From Rebecca billardiae RCC1528 (taxonomy: Eukaryota; Protista; Haptophyta): a DNA stretch of 64,000 nt. The notes below the pieces were generated by a model. It did not search any database. It worked only from the letters and a program-made list of their open reading frames with translations, and was not told where the DNA came from. How positions within the stretch are numbered: position 1 is the first letter of the stretch; each line of letters begins with the position of its first letter. The DNA is taken from positions 1,054,001 to 1,118,000 of the forward strand of contig OZ251226.1 of NCBI GenBank assembly GCA_965240325.2. Direction: 5' to 3'. Below are positions 21,489 to 35,246 of this stretch, in pieces. A program made the position numbers and the translations under genes.

Positions 21489-23012
21489 ACTGTGCCCTGG
21501 CGGGCGGGGGGGTCGGCGGGCCGTGCCGGTGCTGTCGCAATGTTTCCTCTGCGGGTTCGCGTCTTTTCACATTCGCTCGTGGCCGTGGGTGACGGACAGT
21601 CCGACCGAGGGCGAGGACCAGTGACACCTGAAGTTCTCCCACGTGAGACGCGTCTGTACTCTGTGCGCATCAGCGAGGCCCATGCACCCACGAGGGAATG
21701 TGCAGCACGCGGGGCGGGGCGGGTAGCCCGTTGCTCCGCGCGAGCGCGGGTACGCGCTGTATGTGCCGCATCTCGACCGCGATGGCGTAATCGAGCGCCT
21801 CGCCGCCGACGAAGCCGCCAGAGTAGATCCGATGTGCATTTCCTCCTGCCGCCAGCCGAGAGCGGTCGTCGCGAGGATGCTTGCCGATGTCCGCTCCGGG
21901 CATGATGGGCCCGGCGCAGGTCGCGTTGACGTCGTACACGGCCACCACGCTGAGCACGAGCGCGTTGACGTTCACGCGGTCGTCGCTCTTCGCCTCTTCA
22001 ACAGGTCTGGCGCCTGCGTGTTCGGCGGCACGAGGAGCTGTTGGTTGTGCGCGCGCGCGCGCACAGCGACAGCGTGTGCCACTCGCGATCGAGAGTGGGC
22101 ACGAGCTGCTCACGCAGGCAAACGAATCGCAGCGCATCCGTCAGCGGCGTGACTACTTCCGCCTCGTCCCGCAGCGCCTGCGCCATGGCCGAGGATGGCG
22201 CGGCGATGTTGCATGCTCGACGTTTCATCTCTCTGCGGATGGCATCACGGGCTTGTCTGTGTCGCGCTGCGGCGAGGGTCGCCAACTCGCGAAGACGCGG
22301 TTGCTGCCACGGTGACAGACCCGGGAGGTGCGTCCGCTGCGCGTCGTACGCCGTTGGCGCTGCGCTTCCGTCGCATTGGTCACCGTCGACGCCATGCACG
22401 CCGGACGTGGGCTTCGGCTGAGGGGGCGCAAGCGATAGTCCGGTGCGCGGATTCCGGCGATCGAGTTCAGAAGGCCGCGCGCCAAATCTTGCGTCGCGTG
22501 CGATGGCGCTTCCCGCCCGCGAGACACCTCGTGATGAGGGCCTTTCCGCACCGAGCTCGACGCGCGGCGGTGGATCGCGCGAGGTGGTTGTCGAGCGCAG
22601 CGCTTGATATTATGACCCGTGCGAGCGTTCGACGTGCAAGTCGGGCGAGGACCGCCCCAGGTCGCACGATCGTGTCGACGCGCCAAGCGTACCGCTCCGA
22701 ACGCGTCGACTGTGGCCCCCGTTCGACCTGCACGCGAGACGACGAGGGCAGCAATCGCGAATCAGGCGAAAACCCCCCTCGGGAGTCCTCTCGTGATGTC
22801 CGCGCCGGCGTTGGATTGGGCGCGCGGCGCCCACGCGCTCCGCGCCATCCAGGAACCCTTTTTCGGCCGAGCGTCCCCAGTGGGAGCTGCGAGGGCGCCC
22901 GGTAGTGAGCGACGCGATTTTCTTTTCTTTGCGAGGCGATTTTCTTTCTTATTGTACTTTTTCTGATCTTTCCCCCTGGCCGACTACAAGGGGCGGACCT
23001 ACGGCCCGCCAT
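21489..23012 (-). mobile_element. Non-autonomous Helitron2-like element, family 1, copy 1
   Basis: Head-to-tail with 23040-24589. Terminal hairpin GGCGGACC-TAC-GGCCCGCC; asymmetric 10-bp inverted repeat (23001-23010 vs 21515-21524); no TSD seen. Confidence 0.6.
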
Positions 23013-23039
23013 AACTAACGGAATCCTAAGGGAATTTAT

Positions 23040-24589
23040 ACTGTGCCCGGCGGGCGGGGGGGTCGGCGGGCCGTGCCAGTGCTGTCGCAATGTATCCTTT
23101 GCGGGTTCGCGTCTTTCCACATTCGCTCGTGGCCGTGGGTGACGGACAGTCGAGTGCAAGGACCAGTGACACGTGAAGTTGGCTCCCCGACGTGATGTAC
23201 ACACGTTTCACAGTCTGTACTCTTAGAGTATTGTATGCGCGTCAGCGAGGCCCACACCCACGAGGGAATGTGCAGCACGCGGGGCGGGGCGGGTAGCCCG
23301 TTGCTCCGCGCGAGCGCGGGTACGCGCTGTATGTGCCGCATGTCGACCGCGATGGCGTAATCGAGCGCCTCGCCGCCGACGAAGCCGCCAGAGTAGATCA
23401 TGTGCATGTCCTCCTGCCGCCAGTCGAGAGCGGTCGTCGCGAGGATGCTTGTCGATGTCGGCTCCAGGCATGATGGGCTCGGCGCAGGTCGCGTTGACGT
23501 CGTACACGGCCACCGCGCTGAGCACGAGCGCGTTGACGTTCACGCGGTCGTCGCTCTTCGCATCTTCGACAGGTCTGGCGCTCGCGTGCTCGGCGGCACG
23601 AGGAGCTGTTGGTTGTGCGCGCGCGCGCGCACAGCGACAGCGTGTGCCACTCGCGATCGAGAGTGGGCAAGCGCTGCTCACGCGAGCACACGAATCGCAG
23701 CGCATCCGTCACCGGCGTGACTACTTCCGCCTCGTCCCGCAGCGCCTGCGCCATGGCCGAGGATATGGCGCGGCGATGTTGCATGCTCGACGTTTCATCT
23801 CTCTGCGGATGGCATCACGGGCTTGTCTGTGTCGCGCTGCGGCGAGGGTCGCCAACTCGCGATGACGCGGTTGCTGCCACGGCGACAGACCCGGGAGGTG
23901 CGTCCGCTGCGCGTCGTACGCCGTTGGCGCTGCGCTTCCGTCGCATTGGTCACCGTCGACGCCATGCAGGCCGGACGTGGGCTTCGGCTGAGGGACCGGA
24001 CCGCGAGCAATGACTGAGTCCGGTGCGCGGATTCCGGCGATCGAGTTCAGAAGCCGCGCTAAATCTTGCGTCGCGTGCGATGGCGCTTCCCGCCCGCGAG
24101 ACGCCTCGTGATGAGGGCTTTCTCGCACCGAGCCCGACGCGCGACGGTGGATCGCGCGAGGCGGTCATCGTGCGCAGCGCATGATGCTATGGCCGGTGCG
24201 AGCTTTCGACGTGCACGTCGGGCGAGGATCGCCCCAGGTCTCACGATCGTGTCGACGCGCCGAGCGTACCGCTCCACTGAATGCGTCGATTTAGCCCCCG
24301 TTCGACCTGCACGCGAGACGACGAGGGCAGCAATCGCGAATCAGGCGAAAACCCCCCTCGGGAGTCCTCTCACGATGTCCGCGCCGGCGTTGGATCTGGC
24401 GCGCGGCGCCCACGCGCTCCGCGCCATGGGCGAACCACTTTTCGGCCGAGCGTCCCCAGTGGGAGCTGCGAGGGCGCCCGGTAGTGAGCGAAGCGATTTT
24501 CTTTTTTCTGCGAGGCGATTTTCTTTTTTCCTTTTATTTTTCTTATCTTTTTCCCGGGCACTACAAGGGGCGGACCTACGGCCCGCCAT
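23040..24589 (-). mobile_element. Non-autonomous Helitron2-like element, family 1, copy 2
   Basis: Colinear diverged copy of 21489-23012 with the same end motifs. Confidence 0.6.
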
Positions 24590-24947
24590 TTAGTGGCTTG
24601 CCCGACCCTCGTTTACACTGATATTGTGGAATGTGGATACGGGTTATGTCACGGGCCAAGAATCGGGGTGCCGGTGCGGTAGCTAAAGAGTAAAGTTAAA
24701 CTCAAAACTGGGGCCGAGAGGCCCGGACCCGACTCAGTCTGCGCCACTCGGCCTCGCCGGGACTGGGAGCCGCGGAGGGCTAGTCCTGCTTGGAGCATCC
24801 GGGGGTCCGCCAAGGGGCGCCAGGGACGCGGACTTCAGGGGGTCCCTGGAGTTCCGCCGCAGCGCGCCGTTTCTGCGCTGCGGGCCCGTCGGCGTCTCGA
24901 CGCGCATGGCGGCCGAAATGGCATAATTTTATAGTCCACTATTTGCC

Positions 24948-25281
<334 letters not shown>

Positions 25282-26691
25282 CACTGGCTGAGGCATGGAA
25301 ATCGAGCTCAGAGAGACGCGCGCGGAGGAAACGCGTGTGCCGCGGCTCGGACGGTTGCTCTGGGACCTACCCACGCCAGCGCAACCGCGCCTTGCCTCGG
25401 AGTCCGACCCTTCCTGACTGACTGACGGTCCGCGCACGCGGTCTTGGCGCCTGCGGCTTGAAACTCCGCGCTGGCGAGTGGCGTTCGACCTTGTGCGCGG
25501 AACCGTCACGAAACAAGGCGAAGGCGGCGAGAAGCGCGACCTGGCGCGTGCGCAGACGACGTCCCACGACCAGGTGAGTTCAGCGAACATCGTGCGCCGT
25601 CGTGGCGACCCGCCAGTGGGCGCTCAGTGCTCCGGTTCGCCTCGGCACGAGCCCTCGCGGCCACTGAGGCCGCCGCCCGCTGAGTCGGTCCAGAATCAGA
25701 TAGCCCCTCGTCCTGTCTGCCCCTGTCAGTTACCAGTTAGCCCGTTTCCACCTGTACGGCGATCCCCCTTGGCCAAACCGGGCTGAAGCTCCACCGAGGC
25801 TCCATGCAGTATGGATACGGTTATTGCTTACTACATCAGATGACTGCTGTTCAGTGACCGGTAATTAAGTAGTGAACGCTCACCGATCTATTTGCCTCGG
25901 CGCTTGCGGTGCGACCGACCCGTCGGTGGCTGTCACCAGCGGAGTTGCTCACCCTGACTACCCTTGACTGTCCGAAGCTCGACGAGCGAGCGGATCGGGT
26001 CTGCCCCCCCTCTCCCGCTGTGCCGCTTTCGGCGCACGCACGGCTGGTGCTGCAGGCGACGCTTGCGACTCCCGGCGCCGCGCCGCGCCGGCGGGCGCCG
26101 CCCGTGCAGGTCGCGGCGCGTGCGTGTTGGCTGACTGGCACACGTCTCCTGGCGCACAAGTCGAATGGCCGCAGCTGGGATGCCCTTTCGCGCCGCAAGG
26201 ACGCGTGCGAGGCCGGCCGCCGCGGCCGAGCGGCGTGGCCGTGCCGCCTGCACGCTGGGCGCCCAGGCCGCCCGCATCCACCGCCGCGCTTTGCCGTTGG
26301 AAACATTTCTGATCGTTTCGTTTTTTGAAAGTACCTGTAATTTCGGTGGAGGCGTTCCCGCCTTCAAATCATGGGAATTCATCCGCCCAACGTTTCGTCG
26401 AGGCCCTTGTTTTCGTGGCGGTTCCTGGTTGAAGGACGGATGAGAACATCGATGACAAGCGCATCGGGTCATCGATTACCTACCAGAAGCGTCATCAATG
26501 TCCATAGCAATAATGACGTTCTCTCAAGTCCTTCTCCGAGCGGGTAGCCAGAAGGAGCAATGATTGGAGGAGCGAACACTCATCAAAGTAAGTGGTTGGG
26601 AGAGGTACCGCGCGAAGTGTGGCGAATCACCCGACCCGTACGTGCACGAGAATTGCCCGGCCACCCGGCGGCGAACCACCCTCACGAGCGG

Positions 26692-29493
26692 ATGGCACAA
26701 CCCTCTGCCGCACCCATCGCGGCGTTTCTCAAGATGAAGGAGATCATCACCATGGCTGACACGGGCACTCTGAGCTCGTCTGAGTACACCGGTGAAGACA
26801 CGACCGAAGACCTCGAAGGCGCACCCGGGACCGGGGCCGCCAACCCGCGCGACCCCTCCCTCCCGCACGACTTTGACACGAACGTCGAGGACCTGCCTGA
26901 GCTGCGGCGCACGTGGCGCGGCGCGTTCGCGGACGAGGACGTGGAGGCCGCGTATCGCATGGAGATCCTGTATCCCAACCTGGGGCGCTGCATGTCGCAC
27001 GTGCTCTGGGCCATGGCGCTGTTCAACAGCCTCTCCTTCGTGGCGCTCAGCACGAAGGAACTTCCATCCGAGTTGAGCGTCGAGCGGCACGGCTGGAGCG
27101 CGAACGTGCTCGTGGTCGGTGTCCTGACGCAGCTCGGCTTCCTCTTCCGATCGGAGTCGTTCTGCAACGTGCCGCAGACCCTGATGGAGGCGATCACCAT
27201 CGGGACGCTCATCTGCCTCACCCTCTTCTGGCGCTTCCACCAAATCCTCACGCCGAGTGAGGCGTGCACGACCAACGTGGCGCTCATGCTGCGGCTCGGC
27301 GCTTTTATCGCACTCGTGAGCGCGTACGTGCCGCTGACGGTGCCTGCGTTCGGCCTCGTGTGCGGCCCCTCGATCGCCATCGGCGCCACCCTCGACTACT
27401 ACCAGCCCGACGAGGCCGGCTGGTGCCCGTTCAACCTGGGCGCGCTCGTCATGCTCGGGTTTGCGACCACCGTCTGCCGGTACCACCTCTCCAAGTCGTC
27501 GCGCGGCGAGTGGGCGTTCCGCCGCACGGTCGTCCTGGCCCAGCGAGAGCGCAAGCGCGTGCACCGCCGCTTCGAGCACGCGCGCTCCTCGCGCCTCCAC
27601 GCGCTCCGCGCGCGCGAGAAGCTCTCGGCCGATGCGTCGCGGGCTGAGGAGGGCAAGCTCGCGCGCGCTCGGCTGATCCGCGTCGTGATGCACGACCTGC
27701 GCAGCCCGCTGCTCTCGGTGCTCAACGTGACCAAGCTGCTGCGCATGCCCGAGGACGACAAGAAGCACCCCATCTGCGCCGTCGAGCGCGAGAAGCTGCT
27801 CGACGTGCTCGACACGTGCTGCGCGCTCATGGAGAACATCGTCTCAGACATCCTCGACTTTGAGCGCATCGACAGCGGCCGGCTCGTGCTCGTGCGCCAC
27901 CCGTTCACGCTCGAGCGGCTGCTGCACGAGTCGCACGCGACGTTCGAGGGGCTCGCGCAGGAGAAGGGCGTCGTGCTCGTGCCCGCGGCCATCGACCCGC
28001 AGCTCGGCCAGAGCGTGTGGAACGGCGACAAGTGGCGGCTGCTGCAGTGCCTCAACAACGGCGTGAGCAACGCGATCAAGTTCACCGACCGCGGCGGCGC
28101 GGTGTACCTGCGCTGCTGGCTGGGCTCGGACGACGAGCGGCAGCAGGACGACGGCCTCACGCTCGTGCACATCGCCGTCGTGGACACCGGCACCGGCCTG
28201 AGCCCGGACCAGCTCGAGCAGCTCAACACGGGCGAGTGCTTCACGCAGGTCGGCTCCGGGCAGCTCCAGGGCCGCGGCGGGACCGGCCTCGGCCTCTCCA
28301 TCAGCAAGTCGGTGCGGGCGGGCCGTGCGCGCGACACAGCGCACCCGCTAGCCGCGCGTCCGTCCCGCGTCCCGCCCGTCATCCTCGCCCCGCGCCCGCG
28401 GCCCTCCGTGCCACGCGCGCTCGCGCGCGCTCGCGTGCGCGCCCCCGCAGATCCTCAAGCTGCACGACTCCTCCGAGCTTGTCATCTCCTCGCCGGGCGA
28501 GGGCATGGGCTCGACCTTCGAGATGCGGCTGTACCTGCAGCCGTCGACGCAGCCCGTGCCGACGCGCGCGATGGACGAGCACATGGCGCGCGGCCGCCAG
28601 CGCCAGGACCTCGGCCGCGAGCGTGTCGCCAACTCGGCCACCTCGGCCACGCTCGGCGAGCGGCTCTCTGAGCTCGTCGAGAAGGGCGGGACGGCGCCGG
28701 ATGGGGCCAGCAAGCCGCACGACGACGTGCACGAGGAGCGCTTGCAGAAGGCGGTGTCACAGGACTCGTCTGTCGCCGCGACACCTCTCGTGATACCTCC
28801 GCACTTCTGCTGCCTGCACGTGGAGGTGAGACGCGCGCGCCCCGCGCTCGTGCGCGCCGTGCGCGCGTGGCTGTCATCCGTGCGCGCGCCATCCGTGCTC
28901 ACGCGCGCGCCATCGCCGCCGCCCTTTGGTGTGCGCGCCCACCGCCGCCGCGCGCGACACAGGACGACGCGTTCCTCCAGATGACGCTGCCGCTCACCAC
29001 CTTCCAGACGGTCGGGGCCAACTGGCAGACTGCAGGGCACGGCGAGCGCGCCATCGAGATGGTCGAGGAGCGCGGCGCGCAGGGCCTGCCGCCCTTTGAC
29101 CTCATCCTGATGGACAATCAGATGCCGCGCATGAACGGCGCGACCGCCGTGCGCCTGCTGCGCGCGAGCGGGTACGAGGGGATCATCATCGGCATGACCG
29201 GGGACCCGATCGGCTCGCCCGACCGCTCCGAGTTCGAGGCGGCCGGGCTGACCGCGTGCATCGAGAAGGACTCGTCCGGCACCGAGTACATCTGCCGCGT
29301 GCTGCGCTCGTTCATGGAGCCCATCGCGGCCGGCAACAATTCGCAAGGCAGCTTCCGCGCCGGCAGCGAGCATCGCGAGCGTCGCATGGATGGCTCCGTC
29401 TCGTCGATGGGGCCCACGACGGTGGCGGAGGCGCTCAGCCAGAAGGCGCTCAGCACGATCGTGCAGGAAGCCGCAGAGCAGGAGCAGGAGTAG
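26692..29493 (+). CDS. Membrane hybrid histidine kinase, copy B; exons 26692-28311, 28451-28825, 28963-29493
   Basis: Inverted near-identical paralog of 11643-14450 with the same motifs and the same intron positions and lengths. Confidence 0.93.
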
Positions 29494-30678
29494 CTAGGAG
29501 TGACAACCGACAAGGCGGAGCATTTGGAACTTAGGACTGAGCGCGCGATTGTATTTAAGCTACCGCGCACTCGCGCAGTAGTAGCCAGTAGGTGACCCGC
29601 GGTGGAGTGCCAGTGAGGAGGACTGCCCCGGTGATGAGGCGCCCTTCGCGGCGCGGCCGCGGCGGAACGCGGAGTCAGAGTGAGCCGGGAGACGGTCGTC
29701 CGAGTCAGACCGTCTAGTACTCTTACACGGACACGGTCACGCGGACAGACCGACTCACGTCTGACCGTCAGCGGATTGGGATTCGCGCCGAGACGGAGAG
29801 TGACTCAGACTCACCCAGAGAAGTGCCGAGTCTGATAAGACTGACTGACAACCGCTTCGGACTGACGTGAGTCTTCACTTAAGTTAGTATACGCGCTACT
29901 GTCAGTAGTGGGCTTCAGTTAATTGTTAAAGATAAGAGCAGTGATCTGTGCCCCGATTCCGTAGTGCCGCTTCGTTCGGAGCCCCGTCGCTGAGTCCGCA
30001 GGCCGATTCATCTACTACTTTACTCTACGACTACCTCGGAGACTACTGATTAAAGTCGGCGGAATGCATGGCATTTTTGTAATAATAATAAACGCTGACT
30101 GCTATACTGGCTAAACAATCTGAACACACCGTCACCGCTGCAGTCGTACTTCAGTAGTCGTAGACGTAGTAGTAAGCTAGACAATACTACGGATTACGGT
30201 CAATATAGCGGACTGCAGTCTGCAGAGTGCAGCGGGGTTACTGCCGTTGTCGTTACACTGCAGTAGATAAGCCCCACTGTGCCAGGGTGTGTGGCCGACA
30301 AAATCCAACGTTCGTCGTAAGATGAGGTCTCTCCCGGCAAACTTCGGGATGTCATTGATTCATCAGTTACCAATATATATTCGCCTGAACAGGATTCAGG
30401 AAGGCGTGACCGGCAGGTGTCACGCTGTCGCTGACTGAAGTTTTGTGAAATAAGATTAAGAATGTCACGTGACTAGTTACTGATGGAGATATACGACCTC
30501 AATCTCGACGCGATCTCGGCAACACTAGTAGGGGAGACGAACGATACACGATCTTCAAGATGATCCTGCTATTTGCACCAGAATTGCACCGGCTAGATCA
30601 CATTATTTTAGCAGTCTGAACTTGGCACAGGCGGATTCTGCGCCGTACACCCTGGAATTCCGTCCGAAACAGCAGTCG

Positions 30679-30722
<44 letters not shown>

Positions 30723-31677
30723 CCGAGGAGATATTTCATATTTCGAGATTTCGGGAGATTGTGTCACTCGGAAGTGTAACGGTCGGAGCTCTGACCCCAC
30801 TAGAGTACCGTTACACCGATCGGCCACTCCGTCGTCCGTCGTAACGCCCGAGTGGCGCAGTGCCACTGCCAGTGGTCTGTGGTGCCATTCGGCATTCCGG
30901 GCAGCCGTACCGCAGTAGCCGCGCTCCGGGCCATGCGCGGTCGGACCGCACGCGCCGCGGGGCATCTCTGACCCGGATAACTGGCAAGCAGTCACTGCTC
31001 CACTGCTCCTGTAAACATCAGCAGAGCTACACAGACCTGCAGAGTACAGTACTGTATTCAGTACTCACACGACCTGTGAACCGGGCACAGAACGGTCGTG
31101 ACGTTCGGGCACGGCTACCCCCCCCCCCCCAACTCGCGCTGCTACGTTGGCTCTACGCCGGTAAAAGGGCAGCGCAAAACAAACAAGGTCCTAGGCTCCT
31201 AGCCTACCAATAGTATAGTCATAGGCGGCACTGGGGCCCTCTGGCCGTCAACGGCGTGGTGATGCGTCACTCGGGCCCGGCGTGAGCATGGAATTGGTAG
31301 TACTACTAATAAGTGACTGTTTCAGCCACAGGCACAGACACAGGCCCAGCCCGTATCGCCGACCTCGATGTGTCCGGCAGCATACGCACACGGCGTTCCC
31401 CTGCTTCAAACGACAGGACGCACGTCCGTCCCCGTTCGCCCTGGCAACCTGGGCGGCCGTTGGCGCACTGCCATGCTGTATCCACCGCACGTGATGAATT
31501 CGTCGCGGTTTTCGTCGGCGTTTGACGGTTTAACGACGGTTTAACACTTATGAGCAAAGCGAGCAGGAATTCGCCCGTTCGGCCGGATTCCGATATGGGC
31601 GATGAGCGGATTTATAATTGGCAATGCCTGGTGAATCGGTAGAAATCGCGCGCGCATTGGCCAGGGTAGGGCTGGAG

Positions 31678-34646
31678 GAGGCCACTCCACCGGCCGAAAT
31701 CGAGCCCGTCCAGGGCTTCGGCCGCCCACTGGCGTCCAGGGCTTAGCCCTGGACGCGCCGAGCGCGTCCAGGGCTCCGCTCGCCAGCGCGAGATAGTATT
31801 GAGCTCATAGGCGATGCCGCCGCGCCGCGTGCGCGCGCTCCGTCTCGCGCTGGCTGCGGCCGCGAGCGCGTGCGGCGAGCCGTCGCGTGCGGTCGCGCAC
31901 CGGCGCTGAGGTATGGCGTGCCCATCCGTGCCCTTGGCTCGTGCCCGCGCGCCCTCCTCCGCCGCTGCGGGGCGCGCGTGTGGTCGCGCCGCCTCGCTCG
32001 CTGGGCGCACCGAAAGCGCGAGCGCGCAACGAGTCACCTGTGGCGTGTCGGACCCAGCGCGTGCGCGCCTGGCGTGTGGTTTGTGTTTGACATGGCCCTG
32101 GTCACGCGCGGCGCCGGCCGTGCCCAGCGTCTGACCGCGCGCAACGCGCATAGTACTGGTGGTCCCGGCTAGGGTCGAGCTGACCCCTCGGGGCTCGGCG
32201 GCACCCAGCCACTCGTAGGCGGCCGCGATGGGTCGACGCGTCGGATGGGCGGCGGCTACACACCATGCTGGTCGCGCACTGCCGCGTGCAGGGCGGTTGC
32301 ACGGTGACAAGTGCCCCCGCGATCGTGCCGCGCTCGGGTACGAACAGGAGCGGTATGTTGCATGCGTGCCGCCGGCAGGTGGCGAGCTGGGGCGTGCTGG
32401 TCGGTGTGGCTGACGGGCGCGCTCGCGCGCGTGGCATGAGCGAGCGCGCCGCCGCCCAAGCGTGCCGCCCACGCCGCGCGCCGCGCGCCGCGCGCCGCGC
32501 GGCCTACGTCGCGTCGGCGCTCACGCGGCCGGCAGCTCCGGACGGCAGCGTGACTGGTCCGAGTGGCTGTCGTGTGCCAGCTGCAGAGCTGGTCCTTACT
32601 AGTACGCGAAATGGGCGGCGGGTGACGAGGTTGATAGCCACGGCCTTGCGTCTGTGGGCGTCCGCATGCCGCGTGTCTTCTCGTACCCTGAAGTACGTCA
32701 TTGCCAACGGATTCTGCGGTGATATCAGCACAGCGGGCTGACTGACGTCCGCGGCAAACCCTTGGCGCAGGCTCAGGTAGATGACTATGAAGATGGCCGG
32801 TCGCAAGACACGTGAACAGAAGGTATGCACACGCACCGAGGTGATACATCGCCCCTCCTCCCTTTGTGGTGGAGACCCAGAGGCTTACGGCAGCCTGCGC
32901 ATGCGCCAGAGTCGAGATGCGTAGCTCGGACGCTGCACGGGCTCGGTGGCGGCACTGCCTTCAATACTGTACTTCTGAGCGGCTGCAAGCGCACGCACGC
33001 CTCAAGCACCTGATGCTCGCCACGGCTGGTTTGAGCATGTAGCGCGGGCCCACGCCCTCAATGAAGTAGCATGGAGCCTAGAGTGGCGTCAGTTGTGGCG
33101 TTTCCGCCTGCCACGGCCACGTTGTCTGATGAACGACTGTGGGAATGATATTGTATGCAGTGCGTAACGAGCGATTCACTGGAGCGTCAGCTGACAGCAC
33201 TTTCACGACATAGTAGTTCATGGCGAGGCTTCTATTGCACACATTCGTGCCGACCTATCACTGTCGGTGGCTCACATCAACACTGGTCTAGTGGGTGCAC
33301 GCGAGGGTGCGCGCGTGGTGCGAGCAAGCTGCGCTGCTCATCATCCACACATCACAGCTGAACACGACGCTCAGCTCGCGGAGCTGCTCGGCAGCTACCA
33401 AGTACGGGATGCTAGCCAGTGACAAGGCTGAACCGCTGCTACAGTATGCGCGCGCTGATGGCTATGATAGGCTCGGTACCCGGTGGAGAAGTTCGCCAAC
33501 TCCCACCCTTCTACGGTGGCCGGCCTGAGCACAACACTGACTACAGTAAGAAGAAGAGACGCACACAGCCTGACAGACAGCTCAGGCAGGCGAGATTTGT
33601 CAGCTGAACACTTTCCGAATACCCCGTCACGGTCACGGAGCATGCAGACTGCTGAACTGCTGTGTATCCATCTCATCATGCGTGCTAGCTGTTTCCGTAT
33701 GCCAAGATGAGGGACGACTACTGCAGCTTGTTTGCCAGCCTTGAGCAGCATGGTGCCCGTGCCGCCTTCCGGCCACGCTGCCGTCCGGAGCTGCCGGCCG
33801 CGTGAGCGCCGACGCGACGTAGGCCGCGCGGCGCGCGGCGCGCGGCGCGCGGCGTGGGCGGCACGCTTGGGCGGCGGCGCGCTCGCTCATGCCACGCGCG
33901 CGAGCGCGCCCGTCAGCCACACCGACCAGCACGCCCCAGCTCGCCACCTGCCGGCGGCACGCATGCAACATACCGCTCCTGTTCGTACCCGAGCGCGGCA
34001 CGATCGCGGGGGCACTTGTCACCGTGCAACCGCCCTGCACGCGGCAGTGCGCGACCAGCATGGTGTGTAGCCGCCGCCCATCCGACGCGTCGACCCATCG
34101 CGGCCGCCTACGAGTGGCTGGGTGCCGCCGAGCCCCGAGGGGTCAGCTCGACCCCGTAGCCGGGACCACCAGTACTATGCGCGTTGCGCGCGGTCAGACG
34201 CTGGGCACGGCCGGCGCCGCGCGTGACCAGGGCCATGTCAAACACAAACCACACGCCAGGCGCGCACGCGCTGGGTCCGACACGCCACAGGTGACTCGTT
34301 GCGCGCTCGCGCTTCCGGTGCGCCCAGCGAGCGAGGCGGCGCGACCACACGCGCGCCCCGCAGCGGCGGAGGAGGGCGCGCGGGCACGAGCCAAGGGCAC
34401 GGATGGGCACGCCATACCTCAGCGCCGGTGCGCGACCGCACGCGACGGCTCGCCGCACGCGCTCGCGGCCGCAGCCAGCGCGAGACGGAGCGCGCGCACG
34501 CGGCGCGGCGGCATCGCCTATGAGCTCAATACTATCTCGCGCTGGCGAGCGGAGCCCTGGACGCGCTCGGCGCGTCCAGGGCTAAGCCCTGGACGCCAGT
34601 GGGCGGCCGAAGCCCTGGACGGGCTCGATTTCGGTGGAGTGGCCTC
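31678..34646. mobile_element. Foldback-type non-autonomous DNA element with ~875-bp inverted arms
   Basis: Arms 31678-32552 and 33774-34646; 1221-bp spacer; boundary direct repeat CTGGAGG at 31672-31678 and 34646-34652. Confidence 0.8.
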
Positions 34647-34856
34647 TGGAGGCTTCGGCCGCCAGTCTGATCACCCGGAGCCCGTTATAAAGGGGAATTT
34701 AAAAGCATTGTTATGTAAAATCTGATTACTATAGTACATTATGATTATCGTACCCCCATAATAAAACGAACCACGCGAACTGGCGCAGTCCTTGGGCGCG
34801 GGGGCCGCCCGGACTGCCCAGGTTTTGTTGGCCCTGGCGCCGCGCTTTGCCGAGGC

Positions 34857-35246
34857 ATGGCGAGACACCTGCGGCTCGTTCTCTGCGTCGCCGCGCTCGG
34901 CTTGGCGGCGGCAGAAGGGCCGCCACCATCGCCCGCCTCGACTACTGCCCAGAGCCCGCCCGCGACCCCGGCCACGACCCCGCCCGCGACCCCGCAAACG
35001 TCGCCTCCGCTGGTGCCGCTCCCCCCACCCTCCCCACCACCCGCTCCTCCGAGCTCGCCACCATCGCCGCCGCCATCGCCTCCACCCCCACCGTACCCGC
35101 CCGCGCCCCCACCATTCGAGACCCAGGTCGCGAATGCCCATATAATTGTGTGGTCGATCGGTGGCACAGTGCTTTTGATTGTTTGCGGCTGCACCATCTA
35201 CGGACAAGGACAGCGCCGCGCAAAGCGCCTCTCGTTCATCTGGTAG
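34857..35246 (+). CDS. Small proline-rich (SPPP) single-pass membrane glycoprotein
   Basis: Signal peptide, TPPA/SPPP tract, TM IIVWSIGGTVLLIVCGCTIY, basic tail. Confidence 0.75.
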   Translation: MARHLRLVLCVAALGLAAAEGPPPSPASTTAQSPPATPATTPPATPQTSPPLVPLPPPSPPPAPPSSPPSPPPSPPPPPYPPAPPPFETQVANAHIIVWSIGGTVLLIVCGCTIYGQGQRRAKRLSFIW

